Shown: positions 21,577-33,800 of the stretch, in pieces
Position numbering within the stretch: the first letter of the stretch is position 1
Layout of the letters: every line of letters begins with the position of its first letter
Assembly (NCBI GenBank): GCA_004431415.1
Contig: QPMI01000202.1
Location: 1-64,000, forward strand
Direction: 5' to 3'
Origin: Cyanophora paradoxa CCMP329
Lineage: Eukaryota > Plantae > Glaucophyta
Length of the DNA: 64,000 bases
Notes under the pieces: model-generated
The model's input: only the letters and a program-made list of their open reading frames with translations
Database searches by the model: none
Told to the model about the DNA's origin: nothing
Position numbers and translations under genes: made by a program

Positions 21577-23720
21577 CTACGTGTAGGCGCGGCGCTGGCC
21601 GCACTGGGAGCAGAACTTGGCGGTGGGCGTGTACCCCGCCCCGCACTGGTGGCAGAACTGGTCGAGCCTGATGGAGGCCTTGCGGGAGGCGCCCCCGATG
21701 GAGCCGGCCCGCGCCGCCGCCGCCGCCGCCGCCGCCGAGTGCAGCATCGACGGCGCGATGCTCGCGTTCTGCGCGCCGCCGGTGCCGGCGCGAGTGAGGC
21801 GCGTGGAATGCGGCAAGCAAGAGAGGGGGGCAGGGGCGGGGCGCACGCGAGAGGGGGCGGCAGAGGCGGCGGAGGCGCGGCGGGAGGGGCCGGCGGAGGC
21901 GGAGGGCGGGGAGGGAGAGGTGTAGGCGAGGAGCGGGGCCGGCGGGCTCGCCCGCCCGTCCCGCTCCTCGTGCTCCTCGTCCCGGGGCGAGGCGGCGCCG
22001 GCGAGACGCCCCGCCCCCGCCCCCGCCGGCGTGTGCGGCGAGGCCGAGGCCGCCGAGAGCCGCCGCGCCGGCGAGGCCCCCGCCCCGCCGCCGCTGAGCG
22101 GCCGCACGCTCGCCCGCCGCGACTCCGGCGTCGGGCTCGCCGAGACGCTCGGGCGGCGGGCGGCGGCCGGGGCGAGACGCTGGGCCGGCGGCCCGTGTCC
22201 GGCGTGAGGAGGCTCGCGCGCCGCGGCACCGCCGCATCGGGCGGGGTCGCCACGCTCGCCCGCCGGGGGGCCGCCTCCGCTGCAGCCGCGGGGCTCCCGC
22301 TGGGCCGCCGGCTGAGCACCGCCGCCGTCGGCGTGACCGCGAGCGGCTGCGGGTGCAGGTGGGGCCCCGGGGAGGCGCCGGGCGCCGGCCCCTCGTCGTC
22401 GATCTCCGTCAGGCGCGAGCCGCCGGCTGCCGGGCGCGGGCCCTCAGGCGGGGCAGGGGGAAGGGGCGCGGGGTGCGGGCGCACCGCCAAGGGAGAGGCG
22501 CTCGATGCCGGAGGTGAGGAGGGGCCTCGTAGCGGCCGGGCTCCGCGACCGCTTCAGCTGCCGGCCGCCAGCGCCGCGCTCAGCGCAGGGAAGGCGAGGG
22601 AGGGCCCCGGGGGCCGCAGCGCACCAGCTTCTGGTACTCGGCCTGCGCGTCGTCCTCGGGGGCCTTGACTGCGCCGGAAGCAAGGCTCGGGAGGGGGCTC
22701 GGGTGGCGCTGGGAGGGGCGCGCTCTCCCCGCGCACCGCCGCCGCCGGGGCCGCCGAAGACGATCTCCGCCATCTCGGGCTGGTCGTGCAGCGGCTGCCC
22801 CCGCCCCGTCAGCGGGGCGGCGGGGGGAGGCGCCGGCGGGGGCGGGGCGAGCACCATGTAGGCCTGGCCGACGAGGCGGCCGGCGCGCTTGCGGTCCTGC
22901 TCCGTCTCGAACGCCGACTCGTGCTCCTCCCAGTGCTGCCGAAGCGGCTGAGCGAACGGCGGTGGAAGGAGGAGGGGACGGGGCGGGGCGGGGCGGGGCG
23001 GGGCGGGGCGCCTTGTCGCAGTTGAGGCAGAGGAAGTTGGAGTTGAAGGCGCCGCACTTGCAGGCGACGCAGCGGCGCGAGCCGTCGGGCAGGTGCGACG
23101 CCGGCCCGTGCCCGCACCGGCACTTCGGGAACCACGTCCGGATGTCGACTGCCCGGCCGGCCCCGTCGGCGGGCGCCGCGAGGCGGAGCGAGCCGGTGGG
23201 GGAGGGACGGGCGCACAGTCCTTGCGGCGCGGTAGCCACCACTCGCCGATCTCCTCGGGCCGGATCGGCACGTACGCGAAGGCCCTGCGGCGGCGCGTCA
23301 GGCCGGGCGGGGCGGGCGGGCGGATCGGGGGCGGCGCACTTGCAGGGGCACTTGACGCAGCGGACCATCGGGTTCCTCAGGTCGTGCTCGGAGCAGGTGT
23401 GCCCGCAGAAGCACTTCGTCGCCGGGCCGATGCGCGTGCACTCCCGCCCTGCCGCCCTCTCAGCCGCGCGCCCGCACCAGATCAACCCCCACGTATTGAA
23501 CGAGCGAGGCAGACGCGCACCAGTTGGCACACTTCTGTAAACCGCATAGAGCCCACTTTCGATAGCTGCAAGGACGTCAGCGCCCTGTGTCGCGCCCTAC
23601 ACTTGGGGCCGCACCCCATATCGCCGCCGCTCGTTCCGCGTCGAGGAGCTTCTTGCCCGCTGGAGTCGGGCCGTACTGCTGCAGGCCAGCCAAGATCGCC
23701 GCCTGCAGGCCAGCCAAGTT
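21577..23720 (-). CDS. FAM221B-like (DUF4475) Cys/His-rich protein with C-terminal zinc ribbon; start uncertain
   Basis: ECTRIGPATKCFCGH, YVPIRPEEIGEWWLPRRK, KCRCGH, FNSNFLCLNCDKHWEEHESAFETEQDR. C-terminal FCHQCG...KFCSQCG. Confidence 0.75.
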
Positions 23721-24172
23721 AGCGATTTTCAAGAAATATGCGTATTATTTCATTGATCATCGCCGCCCGCGCCGTTCAGCGATGAGCTGGCGCGCAACTT
23801 GGGACGCGGCGCGCGTACCTCGGTCGTCGGGATCTTAGCTTTGAGCATTTCGTCGACCGCTCTTGCTGTATTTCTAGCTAAGGGAATTCGGGTTCCAGAG
23901 GCCTAGCTAAGAGTAGAAGCGCGGGCGAGCCACTGGGGCGGTTGCGGGCGATTTACGACACCTTTGAAGCGCTCCGCAGAGTAAAGACGCTAGGAAGCGC
24001 TCTCGCCTGCTGGCTCGGGGTTTCGCTGCTTTTCTGCCGTACCCGGTTTGAGAGCCGTGCCAGCCGTGCCAGCTGCTGGGCGAGTAAAAGTGACGCAAAC
24101 AGCTTCGATTCTGTGCGTGTAACATTGCCAAACCGGCGGAAGACAGTAAAGCCGGCGACGCGATGGCGAGGT

Positions 24173-25498
24173 ATGCCGATGTTCCGACACGCTTATTTCA
24201 CGCGTGCCGATCGCACCGCTCGCTCCACCGAAGTTAGCTATAGTCTTCCCGAACAGCCGGCACCGGCCCCCCTGCCACCGACAATTTATCCGGCCGGCGC
24301 TCCGAGGGCTTTCCGCCGCCGACTTGTCCGCCCAACACATGCTGCCGACTCGGCGCCGAGAACTTATCCGGCCCCGTCCCGCAGTTCTAGGGGAGGCTCG
24401 CCTGGCAGAGCGGCTCCGGCGCGTTACGACGCCGCGCTCAAGATGTCCAACTACTTAAACACCGTATACGACAAGCCGGACGGCCAGACGCACCGGCGGC
24501 CCGTGCAGAACTACCAGAGCTTCGTGCAGGGCCTCCAGGCGATCGGCACCGTGGACGAGTTCCAGAGCCAGGGCGGCCTGCAGCGCGCGAAGAAGGTGGC
24601 TCCCCGCCCGCCCTCCCCCGCCCTGCCGCACCGTCAAGTTGGGCCGAACGAACGCCGTGTCGCAGGCCATGTCTCGCGAGGAAGAGATCAAGAGGGCGTG
24701 GTGCGTGCGGCGCTCCGCCAGCCTGCGGCCTCGGGGCGCCGGCCGCCCACGGGGCCCTCTCCCGCAGCGAGGCGGAGTCTCGGGCGGACTTCCGGCGGGG
24801 CCCGGGCACCTTCCGGGACGTCGCTCGGCTCCCGGTGCGTCCCTCGGCGGCGCCGGGGCCCGGGGCGGGGCGTGAGGGGCGGGGGCGGGGGCAGGAGTCG
24901 AAGGACACGCTGCTGCACGACATCGACGCGCGGCAGCGGCGGGACACCGTCCGCCGCGCCTACGCGCGCCTCTGCGACGCCGAGGCCGACTTCGAGGACC
25001 GCAAGGTCCTCTCCAGCCCCTCCAAGCCAGTCCGCGCCCCGGGCGTCATCTCCGCCCCCATCCCCGACGCGAGCCCCCCCCCCCCCCCTCCATCGATGTA
25101 CCCCGCCGAGCCGCGCGGCAGGTGCGGGGCGGCCGGGCGGCCGGGAGCCCCGCCCCCTCGACGCCCACGCGGAGCTCCCGCGTCGCCGCCCACGCCCAGG
25201 TGCCCCTCCCCTCCCCGCCGCTCTGCAGGCGAATGCTGCGGTTCCGATACCGTGCCCCGCTCGACAGGGGTTCACGGATGCCCTCCGCTCCCAGCTCCAG
25301 CGCGAGACGGTGCGCGTCGCCGGGCCCCTTGTACCCCCTCCCCCCTCACTCTTCCCTCCCAGCTCGACTACAACAAGAGCGTCATGGACGCGGCGTGGGA
25401 GGTGCGTGCGGCGCCGGCCCGCCCCTAGCTCAGCCCCGCCGCCCTTCCTCAAGCCCCCGCCGCAGCGCCGAAGCGCCCGCGGCGGCAGCAGATGCTGA
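24173..25498 (+). CDS. Hypothetical protein, multi-exon
   Basis: Coding-like exons bounded by host-type splice sites: MSNYLNTVYDKPDGQTHRRPVQNYQSFVQGLQAIG, ESKDTLLHDIDARQRRDTVRRAYARL, LDYNKSVMDAAWE. No family recognised. Confidence 0.5.
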   Translation: MPMFRHAYFTRADRTARSTEVSYSLPEQPAPAPLPPTIYPAGAPRAFRRRLVRPTHAADSAPRTYPAPSRSSRGGSPGRAAPARYDAALKMSNYLNTVYDKPDGQTHRRPVQNYQSFVQGLQAIGTVDEFQSQGGLQRAKKVAPRPPSPALPHRQVGPNERRVAGHVSRGRDQEGVVRAALRQPAASGRRPPTGPSPAARRSLGRTSGGARAPSGTSLGSRCVPRRRRGPGRGVRGGGGGRSRRTRCCTTSTRGSGGTPSAAPTRASATPRPTSRTARSSPAPPSQSAPRASSPPPSPTRAPPPPLHRCTPPSRAAGAGRPGGREPRPLDAHAELPRRRPRPGAPPLPAALQANAAVPIPCPARQGFTDALRSQLQRETVRVAGPLVPPPPSLFPPSSTTTRASWTRRGRCVRRRPAPSSAPPPFLKPPPQRRSARGGSRC

Positions 25499-26111
25499 CC
25501 CGTCCCTCTCACCCCGACCCGCACCCGCTGTTCGCCCCCTTGGGAGGGGGCGTGCCCATCAAAGGACGTGTTTGAGAACGTGTCCCTTCAGACTCGATCA
25601 CCGCCACGCCAGCTTGCTAGGTGTGCAGAGGTTGTGATGAAATATTAAATCATAGCTCACGCTTTCACGGTTCACTGGGAAGCCAAACGCTAACTAAAGA
25701 AAAAACGTATACAGACTCGCAAACCGCGAGGAAGAAAACAAGAGCTAGCTACCAGCTAAAGGCGGGCGCAATCTCAATGGTCGCTGCACTTTGAAACCTA
25801 CTGCTCGGCGCTATAGCTACAGCATGCATACTGCACACTACCGGTACCTAAGGCGATGCGCGGCTGGGCCGGTGCATCGCGCTTGCTCGGCTGGGCCGCC
25901 GGGGCGGGCGCACCGCGCCGTATCGGCGAGCGGCCTGCCACGCGGGCGGCGGCTGCCACCTGCAGCTGCAGATGAGGAGGGGGCGAAGAAGCGCGAGTCG
26001 AAGGGGACTCGCTGGTGCGGGGAGGGGAGGGGAGGGGGGCCCGTAAACGAGGCTAGCCGAGGCGGGCTCGCGGGGCCAGCCGGGCCGGGCGGGGCCGGGC
26101 CGGAGAGGCGC

Positions 26112-28348
26112 CTACTTGAGGCGCACGAGGTTGGAGCGGTGGATGACCATGTCGGGGCCTGCGCGGGCGAGGCGCGCCTCTCAGACGAGGCCGCCCGGCG
26201 CATCGAGTCACGCGGCGGCCGCGGAGGCAGCGGCACCGTAGAAGCCGAGGGCCTCGGAGCTGGCGCCCTTGCCGTGGAGCCCCTGCAGGCGTCCGCCGTG
26301 AGCGCGGGGCGGGCGGGGCGGGTGCGCGGGGCGGGGCGCGCCTGGATCTTCTTGAGCTCCTCGCTGGAGTAGTTGGTGATGCCGCGGGCGACCTCCTCCC
26401 CCGTCGCCGCCGCCACCACGCGCACCTGCGGGGCCCGTCGGCCGGCGAGGGGCGCGGAGGCGGCGGGGGCGGGGGCGGCGGGGGCGGACGGCGGCGTCGG
26501 AGCCGAACTCGCCCTCGACCATGACGATGCCGGCGGCGAGCAGGCTCTTCCGCTGGTCCTTCACCGCCAGCACCGCCCCGTCGTTGATCATGATCGTCCC
26601 CTGCGGCACGCTGCCCGGCGCGAGGCTCAGCCGCGCAGGCCGGCCCGGCGCTGCCTGGGCGGTGCGCCGCGCACATGCCGTGCACGATCCAGCGCTTGCG
26701 GCAGGGGATGGGGTTCTGCGCAGGCGGCGTGAGGGGCGGGCGAGCGCGGGCCCAGGGTCCAGAGCGGGGCGCCTGCTTGGGGAGGAAGACGGTGCCGAGC
26801 TTCCAGGCGCCGTCCACGAGCATCTTCTCGATGTTCTCCGGGTCGCGCGCCTGCCCGGCCTTGAGCGCGGGGCGGGGCGGGGCGGGGCGGGGGCGGCCCA
26901 GGGCCCGCACGAGGGTCACGATGGTCGTGCAGCCGGCCGCGGTCGCGAGGTGCGCCGCCTGCAGCTTGGTCTGCGGCGCCGCGGTGAGAGGGCAGGAGGG
27001 AGGAGCGCGGGGAAGAGGGGGGGCGCAGGCGCACGCCGAAGCCGCCGGTGCCCCACTGGGAGCCGGTACTGCCGAGGCTGACGCTCAGGTCGTCCAGGTC
27101 CGGCACCTCGTACACCGGCTTCGCCTCCGGGTTCTGAGCAGGCCGCCTCTGAGCGCGCCCCGCGCGGGAGGCGCAAGCAGAAGCGCCGGCACGCGCACCG
27201 AGCGCGGATCCGAGTCGTACAGGTACTGCGGGCGGCGCCGTGAGCAGAGCATGCTGGACGCGAGCTTGCAGGGACGGCCGGCAGGTGGGCACCTGGACGT
27301 CGGTGAGGAGGAAGAGCCACTGCGCCTCTATGAGGCTCGCCACGAGCGCCGAGAGCGTGTCGTTGTCCCCGAAGCGGATCTCGTGCCCGATCGCCACCTG
27401 CGCGCGTGCGCCCGCGCCTGCGTCAACGAAGCGCTGCGGCACGGAGCGGCGCGGGAGGGGAGGACGGGGCGCGCACGGTGTCGTTCTCGTTGACGATGGG
27501 CACGACGCCCATCTGAAGCAGCTCGTCGAAGCAGTTCTTCGCGTTCGTGTACCCGCTGCGCGCCCGCCGCTCGCGTCAGAACGGCGAGGCGGCGAGGTGC
27601 GACGTAGCGCGGCTCGCCTCCGCTCGCCGAGGTTCTCCCGTGTCTGGCGCGGGCGCGGGGCGTCGGGGCAGGCCGGGCGGGCGGGCGAGGAGGGGGAGGC
27701 GCTGCTACCAGCAGAATTTGAGCAATTGGCTGATCCCACTGCTGGAACAGATCGTCGTAGAGGCGCATGAGGCGTGATTGCCCGATGGCGGCGACCGCCT
27801 GCTTCGCGGCGATTTGCTTCGGGCGCTCTGCGATGCGCAGGCGCTGGCAGCCGATGCCTACGGCGCCCGATGTCACGAGCACGACTTGAAAACCCTGCGC
27901 AGCGCGGCGCGTCAGTTCTAAAATATAGCTAGCTATATAATTTGATAGCGATCGGATGTCTATTGACCGGTGCCTTCCAAGAGCGACATAGCGCAGGCGC
28001 GGCGCGTCACGTGCATGCGGGAAGAAGAGCGACATAGCGCAGCTGCGGCGGGGGGAGGAGCACACCTTGCGCCGGAGGCTGCTAATGGTCTCGACCAATC
28101 GGGACAACGTTGAGAGAGAAACATATTGCTGATCGGCGGCCATAATCGAAGACGTGCCTGTGCGCGAGCGGCAGGTCAAGATTCGATGCGCTCGCTATGC
28201 GCTGCTGTGCATGCATCGCATGCACGTGGATCCGCGACTGCGGTACATATGTGTAGGGAAGTCACGCACCAATCTTGATGACGCAGCGCTTCGGATGAGG
28301 CGCTGTTGAGTCCCTCGAGAACGACTCGGCAGGCGCAAGGTCGCTCAT
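26112..28348 (-). CDS. proB: Glutamate 5-kinase with C-terminal PUA domain (proline biosynthesis)
   Basis: RCVIKIG|[59 protein letters not shown], and [31 protein letters not shown]. Confidence 0.93.
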
Positions 28349-28671
28349 GGAGGAGACGGCAGAGTCCGTGGGTTGCGTGGGCGGCATTGCGTGGTTTAGG
28401 CGCGTCGAAGTGACGGAATTCTTGGCTGGGGAGCGCGCGCGTCAAACTTCCCGCGCTTGCCGCGCGAGCACGCGGTCGGCTTGCGAAGAGAAAACTACGC
28501 ACGCTTCCTCGCGTCCTTCCTCGCGCGCTCCTCTTCAAAAATTTTGACCTGCCCCGGGGGTACGCTTCGAGACCTGCGAGCGGGGTACTCGGCACTCGAC
28601 ATCGGCCTGCCAGCTGCACCAGCCACATCACACAGCTTGCTTGAAGACAAGCGCGTAGCAAGCGCGCGTCC

Positions 28672-30646
28672 ATGTGGGCCTGGTCGCCAGAGAGATTGCC
28701 GTGCCCCACTAAGGCTATTGATTTCGACAAGCTTTTCCACTGTGAGGACCGCGTGGTACGGCCGGCGCCTTCCTGTGTACGGGCCGGCGTACGCATGGCC
28801 CGGCATGAGCCGGCGCGCAGGCAAGGAATCACCTCCAGAATGCAACGGACGCGCGAGCGCACGCCGCCAAGATGCTCGATAGCAAGCGCACGGATCCGGC
28901 GACGGTTTTGAACGTGCGCACAGCGAACCCCGGCCCGCCCCCGCCCTCTCCTGCGCTCCCCGCCGCCTTTTAGCAACCGGAATGAGCTATTCAAGTGTGC
29001 CATAAGCGCCGCCCTTGCCCAGCGGCGGCGGCCCTCCACGTGTCGAGCCTGAGGGCGCTCCCGCAGGCGTGCGAGCGTTACGCGCCGTACGTCGCCTCGT
29101 GCGTCGCGACCGTCGTCGGCAACCCCCAGACGCGCTTCCGCGACGGGCCCCCAAGTCCGCCCCCTGCCCTCTCGCCGCGCGTCTTCGCGAGGCGAACGCG
29201 TACGCAGAGGTCGCGTGGACGTCGGGCGTGCACCAGAAGAGCGGCGGCTTCTCGGTCCAGGACATCAAACTCGAGCTCTGCATGCTTCTCTCCGTGCGCC
29301 CCGCCGCCCGCCCGCCCCGCCGCAGCGCCGCGCCTTCCCGACGGCGCCTTTTGTACCCCTCCCGCCAGGCGATGGGGTACCTGCGGATGCGCCAGGCGTC
29401 GGCGGCGGTGTCGAGCGTGCCACCGTCGCACCCGTCCTTCGAGGACGCCCTGAAGCAGGCCGGCCAGTTCCTCCGGCAGGTACCCCCCCCCCCCCCCCCC
29501 CCCGGCGCCCCGCACGCCTGTACCCTTCTCACCCGGGAGAGCCAGGCGGCGGGCCTCTTCGATGCGGCGGGCGGTATGGGCTTCCTGAACCTCCCCTTCG
29601 AGCGCCCCCCCGAGGCCCGCGCGACCCCCGTACCCCCTCCCCTCCAGCGCTGACGGGCACGTGCGGGGCAGATGGTGCCGGCGGTGTGCGCGGGCCTCTC
29701 GCGCCTCGCGATCGCCGAGCTGCAGCGGCTCGCCGCCGCGAAGGGCGCCGCCGCCGGCTCCAGCAAGTCCATGCTCGCCCGCCTCAGGTGCCCGTACCCC
29801 CTCAGCGCATTGCTACCGTACCCCTGAGCCGGCCTCTTCCCCGCCCTGCGCAGCGCGGGCGCCAAGGGGCTCTACGAGGCCGCCGGCGCCGCCCTCCGCG
29901 CCGCCGGCACGGACTACGCAGAGGTCCGCGTACCCCCCAAGCGCCCCGATACTTCTTTGACGTACCCCCCGCAGCTCTCGGCGGGGCTGCGGAAGTATGT
30001 GGACGAGATGGCGCTCCTGTGTCACGCGATGGGCCTCTTCTACCTGGCCGAGGACGCCTACGCGAAGTCGTGCGTTCGAATCCCGCCGGAGGATTTCTGT
30101 GGAAGTTCCGATCTGGTTCTTTTTTTGCAGGGAGTTCGGGCGGGCGGTGGGGTACGTGCAGGCGGCGGCGAAGGCGGTGCAGCGGCTCTCGCCTTCGGTG
30201 CGCGCTCCATTCTGCCCCTCCTCCCTCGCCCCTGTTGCGTCCCCCCGTCACGCCTCGCCGCAGCAGTCGATGCCGGAGGGCGGGGCGCGGGGGGCGGTGC
30301 AGGCCTTCTGCAGCGCCGTCGTGCAGACGTGCGAGCGGTGCGCCCCCGGCGCTCGCCGCCCCCCATCCATCGAGCGCCCGAGCGCCGCTCCCGTCCGGGA
30401 GTCCCGCACCGAGCGCGGGGGGGCGCGCAGGTACACGAAGGAGAACCAGGGAATTTATTTCGCTGTGATCCCCTCCGACGCCGAGCTCCAGCCGCCCGCC
30501 CCGCTCGGTGCCCCCGCCCGCCCGCCCGCCCTCCGCCGCGCCCCTCCCTCCCCCTCCCCTGCCGACGCGGCGCGGGCGGGGCAGAGCTGCAGAACCTGCG
30601 GGCGATCCCCTTCGAGCCCCCCCCGGCCCTCTTCACCGGCCTGTGA
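28672..30646 (+). CDS. BRO1-domain protein (BROX-like, ESCRT-associated)
   Basis: VAWTSG..FSVQDIKLELCMLL, AGQFLRQAAGLFD, LAIAELQRLAAAKG..SMLARL, EFGRAVGYVQAA, YTKENQGIYFAVIP. No V domain seen. Confidence 0.75.
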
Positions 30647-30885
30647 CCCCCGCGATCGCGCGCGCTCTCCGCTGCCTGTCACTCTGACATTATCGCGGAT
30701 TGAATTGCAATGTCGGGGTGATCGCAGCCCCTCGTGCACTGTGGAGGATAAGAGGCTCTCGAGCCGTCACGCTTCAGTCTCGGATTCCAAAACTCCGAAT
30801 AAACACGTCAAGACTACGGCGGGGGGCGCCGCAGCACGGGGGCCGGGGCGGAGAGGGGGAGGGTGGAGAGCGCGGGGCGGGGGGC

Positions 30886-33800
30886 CTAGGACTCGCTGCC
30901 GGCCTCGCTGCCGGCCTCGTCCTCGGGCTCCGGCTCGTCCCCCACCGAGCTGCCCCCCGACACCGACGCCTGGCCCCGCCGCCGCCTCCCGCCCTCCTCG
31001 CTCCCGCTCCCGCTCCCGCTCCCGCTCCCGCTACCGCTGCCGCCGCCTTCTTCCGAGGCGCTGCCCTCCTCCGCGCCGCCGCCCCCCTCCCCCTCCTCGT
31101 CCTCCTCCTCCTCCTCCTCTTCCTCCTCCTCCTCGTCGCTGCCGCTGCCGCTGCCGCTGCCGCTGCCCTCCGCGCCGCTCTCCTCGGAGGAGGAGCGGGA
31201 GGCGTCGGGGCGGGCGCCGCTGCCCTCCTCGGGCTCAGAGAGGCCCGAGGAGAGCTCCGAGCCGCTCTCCGCCTGCGCCCCCGTCAGCCGCCGCCCCTCG
31301 AGGCCGCGCGGGCCGGGGCGCTGCGCACGTCTCGGGCCCGCGGTGGCACCGCCGGCTGCGTGGGGGCCCTGGCGGCGCGCACCTCGTACACCCCGCCCTC
31401 CCCGTAGCGGTGCCACCTGCGCGCGCCGCGGCGTGGGCCGGCCGGCGGGCGGCGAGGGGCCCGGCCGGCGCACCGCGCGGGGCCCTCGAGGCCGGCCCAG
31501 AGGACGCGCACGCGGCCCTCCGCCTCCGCCTCCACCACCCCCTCCTTCGCCTCCGCCTCCCCGCCCGGCCCCGCCCCCGCCCCGCACCCGCCCTCCCGCA
31601 GGTGCCAGTGCCGCCCCGGCACCACCGCGCGGCCCACGAGGCTTCGCGGCTCCTCCTCGTCCGTGGCCGCTGCTTTCGCCTCCGCTCCGGCCTCGGCGCC
31701 GGCTTCGGGGGCCCTCTCCGTGGTGGCCGGCGGCGGGGCGCGCCCCGCGGCGATGCAGCGGCGGCAGAGGAGGCAGAAGCGGCAGCCGGAGTCGCCGCGG
31801 CCGCACCCGCACTCCTTCCCCGCATCCGCGCTCCGGTCCTTGCTCTGGTGCAGCACGCAGCGTTTGCCGTACCCCGTGCACGTCCCGCACTGCCGCCGCG
31901 TCACGCGGGCACGGGCGGGCGGGGCGGGGCGCCCCGGCGGGGAGGGGGGGGCCGCGCACCGCCCGGCAGACCATGCACTGCTCCGAGACGAGGTGGTGCG
32001 CCCCGTTGGGGCTCTCCCCGCACCCGCCGCCCCCCGCCGCCCCGCCCGCCGGCTCTTCGCACAGCAGCACGTCCTGCGCAGAGGGCGTGCAACGTGGGCC
32101 GCAGTCCCCCGCCCCGGCGCGAGGGGCCCGCACGTAGCGCCGTCGGAGATTCCACCGGTACACGCGAACGTTCCCGTTCGCCCACCGCACCGAGACGTAC
32201 CCCTGCGCCCCGCGCGCGTCAGGCGGACAGCTGACAAAGAACGTTGCCGGGGCGCCGGGGTACACGCCTTCCCGTGGGCGCTCTGGACGATGCCCTCGCC
32301 CGGGGCGAGCCCGTCGCTGCCCGCGGGCCCCGCGCACTCCGCCTCCGCCGCCGCTGCGCCCGCCCCGTCCTCGTCCCCGTACGACTTCTGCGCGTGAAAG
32401 CCGTTGGTGCGGGGGGGACGGGTGCGTGAGGGGTACGCGCCTTCCAGGCGGGCCCGCGCCGCACGCGGCAGCCAACGACAGCGGCCGACGCGTACTTCGT
32501 CGGGTCCGGCCACGCGCCCTGCGCCCCAGCGCGTCTCAAGGGCGATGCAGCAGGGGCAGAACATCGCGGAGCAGGAGGTTGGAGCGCGGCGGGGCGGGGC
32601 GGGGGCACCTGCGGGGGGTCCACGAGCTCGAGGTCGAACTTGCGGCCCGAGCGGCCGCCCCAGCGGTACGCGAAGAGGCGGCCGGAGCGGGAGCTCGGGG
32701 GCGGCGCCCCAGGGGGCCGCTCCCAGCGGACGACCACCCAGCCGTCCTTCCCCGCCTCCCGCAGCACCCGGCCCGTCCCCGCCCCCGCCGCCAACGACGG
32801 GCCCGCCTCCGGCTCGCCTTCCCCGGCCCCGCCCCTCGCCCCCTTCTCCTTCTTCTTCTTCACGCCGTCCTGCGGGGCCGGCGGCGGTGAGTGCCGGTCG
32901 GCGGCGGGAGTCGCAGGGCGGTGCGGGGGCGCGCCTGTGCGCCCCACTTCCAGTGCGGGCCGCGGCGGACGGTGCGGCCCAGCAGCTGGCCCGTCGACAC
33001 CGACTTGAACGCCGCCGCCGCCTGCGCCCGCGCGCGCCGCCCTCAGCGCGGAGACCGCAGCGCGGGGCGCCGCGGGGCGCACGCGACGGGGGGTACGGCG
33101 GAGGCCGGGCCAGCGAGAGCAGGGCGAGGTCGTAGAGGCCCTGTACCCCCACCTGCCGCGGCGTCGAGAGGCGCCGGGCGGGGCGGGGCGGGGCGGCCGG
33201 CCGCGGGCACCGGTAGAGGCCGCGGGAGCCGGTTCGGGCCCAGAGGACGGTGAGCCAGCCGTTGCCGTTCTCCGCCTCGACGGTCCCCGTGCAGCCGGCG
33301 CCGCCCCCGCCGTCCGCGTCGCCCCCGCGCCACGCGGGGCCCCGCGCCACCGTCGCCCCCAGCAGGGCCCCGGCGCGAGCCGCCGCGGGTTCGGAGCGGC
33401 GGGGTGGGGGCCCGGGCTCGCCGCCCCGCGCCCCGGCGGCGGCGGCGAGGACGGCGGCGGCGGAGACCTCGCGCTGGTCCGCCAGCTCCACTGCGGGGGG
33501 TACCACCTTCTCAGAGCGGGCGGCCGCGGGGGCGTTCACGGCCCGAGGGGCCCCGCGCGCACCGTCGTGGAAGCCCTCGAAGCCGTAGCGGTACGAGGCG
33601 GTGCGGCCGTTGCGCCAGCGGACGGTGACCCAGCCCTCGTGGCCCGGCGTGGGGCCGAGCACGCGGCCCTGCGCCCCGCGGCCCTCGTCCTGGGAGCCCC
33701 ACGCCCTGCGCCCGCCCGCCCGCCGGTCGGTCGGTCTCTCGGAGGGCGCGGGGCGGACTCCGGGCACCAGTCGGGGCCGCGGACGACGCGGCGGGCGACG

